A DNA stretch of 64,000 nucleotides from Eukaryota sp. TZLM1-RC (lineage: Eukaryota; Protista; Metamonada: BaSk clade): contig JAUPSS010000002.1 in the NCBI GenBank assembly GCA_040285825.1, forward strand, positions 1,550,001-1,614,000, given 5' to 3'. Positions 1-11,663 of the stretch are shown in pieces; position 1 is the stretch's first letter, and every line of letters starts with the position of its first letter. The position numbers and the translations under genes were made by a program. The notes below the pieces were generated by a model that made no database searches, was not told where the DNA came from, and saw only the letters and a list, made by a program, of their open reading frames with translations.

Positions 1-1002
1 AGCAGTAACTATAGAATTGATGGGAAGTTTTGAATTAAAGGTCGATTGACAATCAATTAAATCAACAACAGAAGAACTTAATGACTTATTAAATAATATT
101 AAAATAGATAAAATAGAGGAAAATCTATCACACAAAGAATAATTCTGCAATACGGAATACCAAACTTGTTGTAAAGGAACTCTTACAAAAAATGTAGCAG
201 CTTGGACCAAAATCAATGAGTGTGTCAGCTCAAAAAGTGACGGATCAGGATCACTACTTGACTCGACTTTTGATTGAAACTGTTTCAATAAATTCTCGTA
301 CTCGTCCTCTGACACGAAGTTTCCAATAACAAAAGAATGAGCCAAGTCATGGTAACTTGGCCATTTAAAACAACAATTAATAATGATAAATAATGTTTCA
401 ACAACATTGACTAACAAAGAAAAGTCCTTGGAAGTCAATAGACTACAAATCAACTCAACAAGTCTAGAACTAGCAACAAAATACAAGAATTCGCCCAACT
501 CATTCTCCTTTAGATTGCTTATGATCCTTCCAATTGTTTTAACTCCAACAACAACCTGTGGAATGTATTCGGAAGAGCAGTAGAGAGCTAAATCATGGAG
601 AGTGTATCCAGCAAGGTCTTCAGTTGAGGAGTGGTGATGGAGACCTCGTGAAATGGGGACATCTGTTAGAGGGGAAACAGGAAGACCATTGAAGTCAAAG
701 CGGGTGGCTAGTATACGGTCATACCATGGAAGTGATGAAAGTGAAGTCTGAGAAGGAAAAGTAAGATTGTTAGTCCATTGTAACTTGTTTATATCAGTAA
801 GAGTGAGAGATGCAAGTAAGTCCTCAGCAGATGTCGAAGGTGTGGTAGACTTCTTAGGTGAGGTTGTTGTTGTGACTGGTTCATTTCTACTGTACAGTTT
901 CTTTGGTTTTGGAAAAGAGCCTTTCTTTATGTTGATGGGTTGTGGAGGAGCAGAAGGTCGTTCAACAATGTCCTTCACAATGTCACACTGTACATGGTCC
1001 AT
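1..1002 (-). CDS. RPAP1: RNA polymerase II-associated protein 1 (RPAP1/Rba50), 3' end runs off the window
   Basis: Not in the ORF track, consistent with no stop inside the window. Manual translation from ATG 1002 gives MDHVQCDIVKDIVER...RFDFNGLPVSPLTDVPISRGLHHHSSTEDLAGYTLHDLALYCSSEYIPQ, the RPAP1 RFDF...GLHHH...AGYT motif. Confidence 0.85.
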   Translation of the reverse strand, partial: MDHVQCDIVKDIVERPSAPPQPINIKKGSFPKPKKLYSRNEPVTTTTSPKKSTTPSTSAEDLLASLTLTDINKLQWTNNLTFPSQTSLSSLPWYDRILATRFDFNGLPVSPLTDVPISRGLHHHSSTEDLAGYTLHDLALYCSSEYIPQVVVGVKTIGRIISNLKENELGEFLYFVASSRLVELICSLLTSKDFSLLVNVVETLFIIINCCFKWPSYHDLAHSFVIGNFVSEDEYENLLKQFQSKVESSSDPDPSLFELTHSLILVQAATFFVRVPLQQVWYSVLQNYSLCDRFSSILSILILFNKSLSSSVVDLIDCQSTFNSKLPINSIVTA

Positions 1003-1028
1003 TGTTACAGATATTGTCTATAACAATG
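1000..1028 (-). promoter_or_regulatory. 29-nt palindromic leader motif ending in the start codon, copy 1 (RPAP1)
   Basis: Sense cattgttatagacaatatctgtaacaATG; 28/29 identical to 15904-15932. Confidence 0.7.
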
Positions 1029-1102
1029 AAATGAGATGTAGAGGGATTGAGTTTTTGAGAAGTGGAAGATTTTCTCCTTGATACCTTTTCTTTGAACCTT
1101 CA

Positions 1103-2480
1103 TCAACCTTGTCTATCTTCACCTTTTACATTTGCTTCCATCACTGCCAACATATTCAGCGAAGCATTTCGATTTCTATTCCACACACTTTCGCATGATT
1201 TACACATGGTAAGCCCGTGACGAATAGGCATCTCATGCCTCTTCCATGGCCTTGGATTTGTGCACCATCGGAATGTTTCAACTGTTTTCTCCGCTTTCTT
1301 GCAGTTGAAACAACAGCAACTGGTTCGAAACTCATCAATCAAAAAGACCTTATAACCAGCCTTTTTAAATAAATTTCTCAAACCTTTTCCTTTGGTAGGT
1401 TCTTTGAATTTCATGTGTTTTCGTTGTTCCCAGTCTCCTATTCCAATAACTACTGGGCTGGGATCACCAATAACTGATTTGAATCTCTGAATCATCTTCG
1501 CCTCAGATCTTGTGCGATTAATCTCAGCCCACCATCTTAGTTTCCTAAATATTTTTTGATGATAGACTTCACAAACAATACTATTCACAAAATTCTTTTG
1601 TTTAATATATGCCATAAATCTATCAAACCTGCAGTTTTTGGAATTGAATTGGGATAATGTTGTTTCCCATTCTGCTACAGATTTAGTTTTTTTGATCATT
1701 GTTAGTCAAATCTAATGAGTAATCAATTTCGTGGGGAATATTGATTTCTTGAGGTACTTCACCTCTTAATAAACTAATTGTTCTTTCAGTCATTTGATTA
1801 ATTATACTGCTGTTTAATTCCTTCCATTGTTGTTGCTCTTCAGATGGTTCATAATTGGATAGATCAATCACTCTACCAGTAGAGTTACTTATTGTGATAA
1901 GAGTGTCTTTTCGTGAGATGTCTCATATTTTTTTGAATTTGGAACTTTTCGACTGAAATCAATTTTGAGTGTACCTGAATACTTATCTCTCTCAGATTTT
2001 TTTGAATGAGTCATTTTAGTAGCTAAATTCAGTAATGAAAGTAATGCTCTTGGATGAAATTTGTGAAATTCACAATCAGTTTGTCAATTGTGTAAAACAA
2101 AATATTACTTATTCCTTTTTTTGTTGAAACTTTTGGAACAGGTTTGTCTTTAAAGTGTTGGTGATTGAATTCCAACACTGGGCCAGAACAAGAATTTTGC
2201 AAAGCTGTTTCTGTACTTGACCCAAGCGGAGTTTTCCTCCCAACTGTGAGATGTCACCACAAGAAAAGCTTCACGCAATAATTACGTTTCGATTCTTGGT
2301 AAAATACCATTAGGGCGTGAGTCAAAAAGGTGCAAATAATACCCACAAATGAATTTTAAACCAACAGTAGAAATTCTGAAACCTTATTGCTGCCTCATGG
2401 ATGGCTTCAATCATTTTTGGATTCCTCATGACATTGTTTAAACTGTTCTTATTCGGTCATCTTCATGAACCTTCCAATAC
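1103..2480 (-). pseudogene. Fanzor1 remnant with internal deletion and frameshifts
   Basis: C-terminal ORF 1103-1699 has IGDW, EPTKGKG, DEFRTS, a CxxC..CxxC zinc finger and WNRNRNASLN (RuvC-III D replaced by N). Broken frames at about 2000-2470 read SLNNVMRNPKMIEAIHEAAIR...GILPRIE...KGISNILFY...NFIQEHY, typical of the Fanzor1 N-terminal/REC region. No RuvC-I motif found. Confidence 0.85.
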
Positions 2481-2649
2481 TTTGAAATATACTGAGAATC
2501 AAGGTCAATTATACTTTCCCCTAATACAATTTTAGGAACTGTTTTTAATTTGCGTGGTTCATAATAATTTGTGTAAATAATACAAGTATCAACAACAAAT
2601 CGACCAGCAATCAAAATTTTCGTGATTGATGACAAATTTTTCAAAAATA

Positions 2650-3264
2650 TTTTTTATAAATTGAAATTGATTTTCAACGCTAACAAAACATTAATCGAAA
2701 AACTAGAACTCAATATCCTCAATACACGCATCAACATCATCAAATCTTTTAAGCGTGCGATTTTCATACTCTATTCCTAATTGTAACAGTGCTTTGGTCA
2801 ACATTTCTGGAATTGTTTTAAGAATACTGAAAACAATTCTATTGTGCCAGAAATTCAAGTTCAATTCTTTTCCTGCTCTTTCTTTTATTAAACTTCTGAA
2901 ACCTTCAAGAAATTTAATGCCAGATATTTCAATGTTACCAAAAAGAGAAACTGCAAATGGAACCAACTGATACTTGACATGCTCAACACGTCCTAGCTGA
3001 GATAAGGGTTCATTGTACTTTTTGATTTTGCTCTTTTCAGCAAAGCAAAGTGGAGTTTCATCTCTTTTAGCAAAGTCAATTGCTGAGTCTTTACAAACAT
3101 CAACAGTAACAACATCAACAACTTTAATAACCATCAGACGCAGGGGTAATTAAATCAGCATAGCGTTTCCCAAAAGTATTTTCATCTTCATTTGCAGATG
3201 ACAACCTTCGCACAAGTGGTTCAACAAAAGCTTCAATGTGATAACTTTTGCACATAGCGTATAG
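2650..3264 (-). mobile_element. RLE-type (CRE-like) non-LTR retrotransposon 3' fragment, subfamily D
   Basis: LYAMCKSYHIEAFVEP...RYADLI...VVDVVTVD...EKSKIKKY...PFAVSLFG: PD-(D/E)xK restriction-like endonuclease C-terminus homologous to the other subfamilies. Confidence 0.8.
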
Positions 3265-3413
3265 TGATGGTCTTGGCTGTTGGTTATTGTCTGACATATA
3301 GAGTATAGTAACAGAAATGTAATTGATTACGAAGAGGAATTGTATTCTCTCTTCTAAAGCTAATAGGCGGAATACTAATAAACTATTTAAATAACTATAA
3401 ATACTATTCAAGA

Positions 3414-3794
3414 CTAACACTGCCTTTTTCTCTCTTTGGAGCGACGAGCCCTGGAAGCTTTAGTCACAGGAGGTGAACTAATGTAATTAGTACGCTTCTT
3501 GGGAGGAGCGGATTTAGTACGGCGACGTGCTTTTGAAGTCTTGATAAAGTCTTTATACGCGGCAGTATTTCGGACTGTAGACACATGGTCGGTGGTGATC
3601 TCTTTTCCTGGCCATTGCACTTGGCAAAAGTCACCTTCCTGACTGAGCACCTTTTCAATGAAGTGTTCTTCGACATCACCTGCAGCGACCCCGGAGTGGA
3701 AATCATCGTTGGTGGGCAAGCTGGAGTGCCAGGGTGCTAAATGTTTGACGCTAGCTTGGACAATCGTACCAGTGCAGAGATTCTTAAGATTCAC
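3414..3794 (-). pseudogene. gypsy-1 integrase C-terminus with chromodomain-like segment
   Basis: EEHFIEKVLSQEGDFCQVQWPGKEITTDHVSTV; preceded by a broken GPF motif near 3830. Confidence 0.7.
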
Positions 3795-3842
3795 AGATGA
3801 ATTGGATACAATTTCAGTAATTAGGAAGGGTCCTCAATAGTC

Positions 3843-5153
3843 TCAATGAAGCTCAGCGGAAGAGCCAGATGCCCTCAATACCAATTGACCAACCTCAAAA
3901 AGGTTTGGAGTTGTCGATTTAGTTGGCTTGGAAGCTTTGGAAGCTTGATGGTGTGCTGCTTTTTCCTGTTTCTCTTTCAACCTTCGAAATTTAGATTGAA
4001 TTTCTTGAATAAAAGATAACTCAGACATCAAACTTTCAATGATTTCAAGAATTTTGCCAGGGTCTGATCTGGGAGACACGTCTGAGCCAAAGATCACTTG
4101 GTATGGGGTGTGCTTGGTAATTGAGCTCTTGGAAGAGTTGATCAATAATTGCACATAAGGCAAGTATTCAGACCACACATCGTAGGCATTGAAGTCTACG
4201 AGCAACTTCCGTAGGTTTTGCAGGATGTCTTTGTGTCGGCGCTCTACCAGGCCATTGGACGGAGAAAACCTAGGTATTGATTTTGACACCTCTATGCCTA
4301 AAAATTCGCTTAGTTCGTCAAAGACAGCCTTGGAAAATTCGGGTCCATTATCGCTGTGGATTTGAAAGGGAATACCAAAGATGGCACAGACTTTCCAGAT
4401 TAATGCATCTGCAGTAAGATTGGCATTTATCTCTTTTAGGGGCACGATGATCGTGAAGAAGAAGATAGAGAAGCTGTCAATAAATACAAGGATGTATTTG
4501 TAGCCTTCTTGATCTTCTGGAAGAGGACCAATAACGTCGGCGTTGATGCGACCAAAAGGTCTGTCAGCCCACAATGAACCGGTTGGGGAAACATGCAGTT
4601 TGGGAACTGACTTTGTTTTCTGACAGGACGGGCATTCTTGGACGTGCTTATTCATGTCGGTCAGCATGTTTGGCCACCAATAATCGCTGTTCCTGAGCTT
4701 GTTCAGGCTTTCAGCTTTGCTTGGATGGCCTCCTTGCAGAAGTCCATGCAACAAGTTAAGAGTGTCCTTAATGAGTGATTTGGGAATCACTATCTTGTTG
4801 TCGTGAGTCATATATAAATCCAGATGATTGTTATGAACACAGTTGTTGAAAGAGGGGTCTTTGGAAGCTATGGCAAGCTTCTGTTCGGACCTAATCCTAC
4901 AGAGCCATGGCTCGAAAATAGGCAGGTCGTTGGAACATCGTTCTCTGATGACCATGATACGTTCGAAGTTGTTTAAGTCTTCGATGGAGTATTTTTCATT
5001 TTCTGTTCCATCAATTTTATCGATGTAAAATATTGGATGAAAATTTGGAGGCATTTGATGGGACAAATGCTTGATCTCTTGATGGTCTATAGGCGGAACT
5101 ATTCGAGACAACATATCAGCCCAGCAGTTATCTTCCTCTTTGGTATGTACCAA
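3843..5153 (-). pseudogene. gypsy-1 integrase
   Basis: H-x6-H...CPSC zinc finger; INADVIG, HSDNG and NGLVER catalytic motifs. Confidence 0.92.
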
Positions 5154-5835
5154 ATCAAAGCAGAATTCAGAGAATATGGGTCAACATCTAGTTACAATTC
5201 TGTTCTTCTCAGGAGCCGTGAACATGTAGGTAAGAACATCGTTCTCTGATGACCATGATACGTTCGAAGTTGTTTAAGTCTTCGATGTAGTATTTTTCAT
5301 TTTCTGTTCCATCAATTTTATCGATGTAAAATATTGGATGAAAATTTGGAGGCATTTGATGGGACAAATGCTTGATCTCTTGATGGTCTATAGGCGGAAC
5401 TATTCGAGACAACATATCAGCCCAGAAGTTATCTTCCCCTTTGGTATGTACCAAATCAAAGCAGAATTCAGAGAATATGGGTCAACATCTAGTTACAATT
5501 CTGTTCTTCTCAGGAGCCGTGAACATGTAGGTAAGAACATCGTTCTCTGATGACCATGATACGTTCGAAGTTGTTTAAGTCTTCGATGTAGTATTTTTCA
5601 TTTTCTGTTCCATCAATTTTATCGATGTAAAATATTGGATGAAAATTTGGAGGCATTTGATGGGACAAATGCTTGATCTCTTGATGGTCTATAGGCGGAA
5701 CTATTCGAGACAACATATCAGCCCAGAAGTTATCTTCCCCTTTGGTATGTACCAAATCAAAGCAGAATTTAGAGAATATGGGTCTACATCTAGTTACAAT
5801 TCTGTTCTTCTCAGGAGCCATGAACATGTAGGTAA
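4933..5835. repeat. Three tandem copies of a 301-bp unit inside gypsy-1 pol
   Basis: gaacatcgttctctgatgacc starts at 4933, 5234 and 5535; the copies differ by a few SNPs. Confidence 0.97.
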
Positions 5836-7084
5836 GGTTTTGATGGTCTGTGAATATGACCAGTTTCCTTCCTTTCAAGTAGTTTTCAAAACCACTTTGA
5901 GTTAACATGAGCAGGATGTCATAGAGTTCCTTTTGGTTTGTTGGCCAGTTCTTTTGTGAGTTGGTTAACAACCGGCTGAAGAATCTGATAGGCCTACATT
6001 TCCTGTTGATCAGGCGGGTACCGGGGTCCTCGACTTGTTCGATTTGTTTCCATATGATGCTGCCTACAGCTATGTCGGACGCATCGCAACTAATTAAAAT
6101 TTGGTTTTCCAGCGGAGATAAGCTGAGCGGCATGTGCTTCGCTATCAGTTGTTTGATCTTTTGAAGGAGTCCGTCATGCATGTCAATCCATTGAAGGCGT
6201 TGCGCGCGGGGTTTGGGTTTAATGTTGGAGTTGTTTCCATCCTTCTTAGTCAATCTGATGATAGGAGCGATGAGCTCAGATACCTGAGGAAGCCATTCTC
6301 TAATGAAGTTGACTGATCCTACGAGGCTGCGGATGTCTTTGATTGTCTTTGGTAGATTCAACAAAGATTCAACGCGAGTGGGATCGATAGTTCGTTGTTT
6401 GTTTTGGAAAACACTGCCCAGTATCTTGATTGGGTGTCTGGAAGACACGAAATGGCACTTTGAAAATCCCAAGGAAACTCTTTTGTATCTGGCTTGATCC
6501 AGGACGCGACGGAGGCGTTCAATGAATTCGTCAAAAGTTGAACCTATGATTATGATGTCGTCTATGTAAATGAAGACACCGTTTCCAGAGAAGATGTCAG
6601 CCATGACGTTTTGGAAAACGGCTGGCACATTCTTTAGGCCAAAAGCTGCACGTTTGAACACGATGCTTTTGCCAGGAATGCTCAGGGCTGTTTTCTGCCA
6701 ATCTTTTTCAGCAATCTTGAGTTGCCAAAAGGCTTTGGGGAGGTCAAGGGTGCCTATGTAGTTCGCTTGGGAGAGAAACACAGGCACGTCGGAGATCCTT
6801 GGAAGGTTGGGCTCAACAGGAATGGTGTTGGCGTTGACTCCGTCCTTGCCACTATAGTCACCAATAAGGCAGAACTTACGGTGATCTGGGTAGACCACTA
6901 GACAGACAGGGGAGCTGAACTCATGGTTCGATGGGACAGCAAATCCTGAGTCTACGAGTTCGTCGAAAATTTGGTTAGCGACCTCTAGCCTGGCTGGATT
7001 AAGGGTCCTGGGGGGGTCTTCTAACTCTGACGTCTTCATTGTAGAAGTTGATTTCCATGGGAGGGCAATCAATACCTTCAGCAT
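5510..7084 (-). pseudogene. gypsy-1 reverse transcriptase-RNase H
   Basis: SSPVCLV, LDLPKAFWQ, FGLKNVPAVFQ, YIDD, CDAS; frameshifted from the protease ORF at a G7 run (7010-7016). Confidence 0.93.
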
Positions 7085-8090
7085 GAGGCTTGAGGGTAAA
7101 TACGTCTTCGAACTCTTTCAAAGTTTGAAGTAGGGACTTCTTGAAATGGTCGTTGTCGAGGTTGATGGTACAACCGGATGAGTTGATGTGTTTCAACCAA
7201 CGTGTGGAAACGTTGACGACTTCTGAAGCTTGCGATATTTGATGATCGAATTCGGCTTCAGGTAATAGTAATGTGCGACAGGCGTCGTCCATTCTAATAT
7301 AAATGCCCTGGTTGTTTGTCATCAGCTTAAGGTGACTCAACAAGTCAGCACCAATGAGAATGGTTTCATGTCCAGGAACGATGCTGAACTTGTGTTTCAC
7401 GTGTACAATCTGGGTAACACTGCCTAGTCTAATGCTAAGGGTTCCAGAAGCAGTACCAAGGGACTGTGAGGTAGTTCCATCAGCAATCTTGTATGATATG
7501 GTTTCGTTGGAACGTGCCATGTTACAATTACTGATGACTACTGAGCATGTTGCACCAGAGTCAATTATGCCTTTAACTTCGACATTGTTGATCAAGAAGT
7601 TTAATTGTAGGCAGTTGTGATTCATGGATTGTACCATACAAATTGTATCAGAATCATGTCCATTTAAGTCGGCTTGTTCTGAGAAGAAGTTAGCCTGACT
7701 GTTGGGTATCGTGGTAGGTTCCAAGTTGGCAAGTGGATTGATTAGAGAATCTTTCCATGCTGAACTTTCTGTGTGTGGTTGTGTTGTTGTTGTTGTTGTA
7801 GGGGGTATGGTTTCTAAAGTACATAAATAGTGACGGGAACGTTTATTGTAAGAAGAACCCCGAGGAGGGGAACTTCTTTCCATTGGAACGGAATCCTCAG
7901 AAAGGGAACTGTCTTCCCTTGGGGTAGAATTCTCAGGAAGAGTTGCTTCAGGAAGCGCAGAAGCTTCTACCGAAGAAGGGGGCACGGAAGCTGGGTCTGT
8001 GGTTAGTGGTGAGGAAGAGGGACCAGTCTCTTCCTCAAGGATCCTACGTCGAGCCTCTAGGGACCCAATACGTATTGATGGTCTTGGCTT
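6999..8090 (-). pseudogene. gypsy-1 truncated gag N-terminus plus aspartic protease
   Basis: S/P-rich N-terminus runs almost directly into the protease (DSGATCS). No capsid region or zinc knuckle, unlike gypsy-2. Confidence 0.8.
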
Positions 8091-8240
8091 GTTTCTGTTT
8101 AAAAACGAAAATCAGAGCACTTTATTCACTTTAAGTTTTACTTTACAATTTACACCTTGACCCTTCTCAGTAGGTAAAACTTCGAATATGTAGTTTCTGT
8201 ATTGATCAAAATGAATTAAAAATAAGTAAATTAAGTAAAG

Positions 8241-9768
8241 TTCTATTGTCCCTTTTACTAATTATAGTAGTGATGCTGTTAAGTTCCTTGGTTGTTGGTT
8301 AGGAAACGTGCCTCAAATTAAGAATGAATTGCAAGTTATTTTGGAAAAAATGAAAATTGAACTTGATTCAATTTCTTCTTTAGATATTGAAAAGCATATT
8401 AAATTTATCATGCTTAAAATTTGCTACACTGGGAGAATAACCCACATTTTGAGATCTTGTGCTCCTTCCACAGCATTAGATTTTTGTCGTTCATTTAATT
8501 CATTGAGAACAGAATTTTTTGCTGATTTATTGGATGTTGAACCAGGAATGTTGAAAAGCCATTTATTTTCTTCAGCAAATTTGGGTGGTATTGGATTTAC
8601 TAAATCTTCAATTTTGTGTCAATCAGCATTCTTGGGTGGGGCAATAATTTTATTTATGAATTTTCTCGTAGATTTCCTGATGATTCTCATCTATTAGTTC
8701 CCAATTGGAGTCCCTATTTGTATGAGTTATCTTGTGAACTTGAAAAATTGCCGCCACAAATTTGGACCAAATGTTTTCCTCAATCAATTCAAGAAATTCC
8801 AAACCGATCTCTTTTTAATTTACAGTTTTGCTGTAAAAAGCTTCAACATAAATTGTCAAAGATTTTTGAAAGCTTGGATTTTGATGTTAGACTTGGCTTT
8901 GCCAAGAAAAAGAATCCCGCTTTTGCAAATCTTTTACAAGATATGTGTGACAGTACTTCTTCTGCCTTAGTAACAACAATTCCCCAAGTTTATGGTACTC
9001 TCTTAACTGATTCTGTTTGGACTCTGAATATGAGATTTCATTCCTTTATCTGGCCTGATAATTTATTTCATAATTTAATTTGTAAATGTTCTCGAAAAAT
9101 TACAACTACTCATTTGTTAAATTGTAAACATTTTATTACTTTTAGAAGCAAGGTTCATGATGCTGTAAGAGACCAGTTATATTGTATGTGTAAATCTCAT
9201 AGAATTGAATCCTTCTTGGAACCTCTATTGTCAAATCTGTTTGATGCTGAAGATGATTTTCATAAGAATAATAGAGGTGATGTTATATTACCTGGATTAG
9301 ATGGAAGTTTCATTTCATTGGATGTAATGTCTGTTGATCCTTCTAATGCCTCAAATGAAAGGCTAGTTAATTCTGAAATTCATAATCCCCTTTCAAATGC
9401 TGAAAATTTTAAATTCAAAAAATACAGTGAACCTTTGTCCAAATTGGCCAGTCTTCTGCATGCAAGATACAATTTGTATCCATTTGTATTTTCCCTTTTT
9501 GGTTCACTTGCACCAACTGCTGAACGTTTTTTGGATGATTTTGAAATGCTTGTAAAGAGAAGAACTGGCAGAAATTTCAACAGATTGTTTTGGCAAAATA
9601 GAATTGTGTTTTCTATTTTTAAGGGGATGTTGAAGATGGTTTCTGATGTTTTGCTTTCTCTTGGATCTCACTATGAGAGAGTTGCATCTACTGTTTTTGT
9701 TTTGGGAGAGATGGATTTTTAGATGTTGATTTGTAGGTTTTGAATAAAATTAAAATTAATAAAAAAAA
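8241..9768 (+). mobile_element. RLE non-LTR retrotransposon, subfamily B, 5'-truncated
   Basis: KFLGCWLG (RT end), LGGIG, CxC-x7-HxxxC zinc finger, HDAVRD, RGD...DV...KKY endonuclease. TSD-like taagtaaag at 8232-8240 and 9769-9777. Confidence 0.9.
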
Positions 9769-9860
9769 TAAGTAAAGCGCTTAAAGTCCAATCGGCAGTT
9801 ACTTTCTTACAACTTTGTAGTCCTTCTATTATAGCTATCCGTTGTTTTGCCGATTTCACA

Positions 9861-10706
9861 ATGAAATCGGTTGACTACTTCTTTCCACTGTCACAGGAAC
9901 TCTACAAAGGTAATGCTGGCAAAATTGCTATATTTGGAGGTAGCATAGAGTACTGTGGAGCTCCCTACTACGCAGCATATTCTGCTCTCAAAATTGGTGC
10001 TGATTTAGCTTACGTTGTTTGCTCTCCCAGTGCAGCAAACCCTATCAAGTCATATAGCCCGGATTTAATTGTGTATCCTTTTCTCTATGATTTGGACAAG
10101 GCCAAGGAACTCTTGTCAAGATTCTCAGCTGTTGTCATTGGTCCAGGAATTGGTCGATCTGAGGAGTCTATCACAGCCATGAAGACCATAATTCCGTTGG
10201 CACTGGACACTGTGAAAGTGGTTGTTTTGGATGGTGATGCACTGTGGTTGTTGTCGCAGTACCCTTCACTTTTTGCAAAGAAATCACAACTTGGAAATCA
10301 GAATAATGTTTTGGTTTTGACCCCAAACTTTATGGAGTTAACAAGGATCTGTGAAACCTATTTGGGACACACCCCAAAGGATGTTCATGACAACATGTCA
10401 TGTTACGTGGCCCAGCATTTCGGGCCAAATACTTTTGTTATTCAAAAAGGCCCTACTGATTTCATCGGTAGGTTTTGTGGTTTGACTCGCTCTGTGAATG
10501 CACCTTCCATAATGAGAAGATGTGGGGGACAGGGAGATGTAATGGTGGGATTTGTTGCAACACTTTGCTTTTGGTCTTTGGAGAGAGACATTGATATAAT
10601 GGAGGCACTTTGTTTTGCCTGTGAATATCTTCGGTACAAAGCAGAGGTCGCTTTTAGAAAATGTGGTAGGTCAATGACTACTTCTGATATAATAAAATGT
10701 ATATAG
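9861..10706 (+). CDS. NAXD: ATP-dependent (S)-NAD(P)H-hydrate dehydratase
   Basis: KGNAGKIAIFGGSIEYCGAPYYA, GADL, IKSYSPDLIV, GPGIGR, LTPNFME, RRCGGQGD motifs. Confidence 0.95.
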   Translation: MKSVDYFFPLSQELYKGNAGKIAIFGGSIEYCGAPYYAAYSALKIGADLAYVVCSPSAANPIKSYSPDLIVYPFLYDLDKAKELLSRFSAVVIGPGIGRSEESITAMKTIIPLALDTVKVVVLDGDALWLLSQYPSLFAKKSQLGNQNNVLVLTPNFMELTRICETYLGHTPKDVHDNMSCYVAQHFGPNTFVIQKGPTDFIGRFCGLTRSVNAPSIMRRCGGQGDVMVGFVATLCFWSLERDIDIMEALCFACEYLRYKAEVAFRKCGRSMTTSDIIKCI

Positions 10707-10799
10707 AGGTAATAAAAAGCTCTGTAAATATTTTTTTGACAACTCACTTGGAATATACCTGCACTATAAATATTTGATTAAACAACAACACTTAATAAA

Positions 10800-11470
10800 A
10801 TTAGAAGAACTAAAGGGACTAAATTCATTGAATGAAGATTTCCTCTACAAACTCCTGATCTGCTTGTTTTCTTGCCATTGCTTCTCTTATTCGATGAAAG
10901 AACCGGGGTAATCTATTGATTGATCTATTAGCGAATTGAATTCGCGACCGCCACAAAAACACATCAAATCTCTTTAGTGTTCTTCAACGGGTACTACCAA
11001 TATTACGGTCTTGAACCAATTTTAGGAAAAAAATCCACAAATTTCCTCCTTCTACTGATAGTCTTCCGATTATAGAAAATGGGAAAGCAATAAAACAAGT
11101 GGTCTATTCTATCAACATTAGCTTCTTCGATATCTTTGTCATATTTTCTAAGCTTCTCATTCGCTCTATATTCAAAACATCTGGATTAAATTTCCTTCAT
11201 TGAACCAAAATATCATTTGCAACATAACAGGGGACAATGTCAACAACAGCTTCAGAATTCTCAATCAAATCACAGTAAATATCACCTCTGTCACCAGAAC
11301 CAAACTTGCTTAATGACAGTGTTTCAATCATCAAAGGCTTTTGACACATGGGATACTTGCATTTCTTGCCATCTTGAAAACGGTGTCCCTGACAGCATGA
11401 TGTTATGATGAACAAAAAGTTATCAATTCAGCACAATTCAAAGCATGACAAAGGTGAGATGTGGTGAATC
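10800..11470 (-). mobile_element. Degenerate subfamily-A RLE retrotransposon 3' fragment
   Basis: FGSGDRGDIYCDLIENSEAVVD and nucleotide similarity to the EEILV C-terminus of 16058-18119. Confidence 0.8.
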
Positions 11471-11663
11471 CTGGACTATGTGTTGAAAAATACAAATTAA
11501 TTGATGAAGAATATACCTTATAATGGTAGATGAATCCAATTCTCCCAGGATTATCAAAAAATGCCTTTTACAACAAACATTATTTGTTAAGCCAAACCAA
11601 CAACCTTTTAAAAACAAAAGAATAATAAAATGATTTGTCTTAATACAGACAATACCTTTAACA

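Larger units (their letters stand above)
3265..8090 (-). mobile_element. Ty3/gypsy chromovirus-like retrotransposon copy 1, defective (gag deletion, frameshifts, internal triplication)
   Basis: Domain order PR (IIDSGATCS) - RT (LDLPKAFWQ, YIDD) - RNaseH (CDAS, TDH) - IN (HHCC, D-D35-E) - chromodomain-like. Purine tract at about 3345-3354. No LTR pair visible. Confidence 0.93.

Noticed and set aside
4933-5835. Tandem units as a CRISPR-like or guide array
   Set aside because: The units are whole 301-bp duplications of pol with no variable spacers.
7000-7030. Programmed gag-pol frameshift at the G7/C7 run
   Set aside because: It falls inside the RT N-terminus, and the homologous region of gypsy-2 is in frame; a homopolymer indel is more likely.
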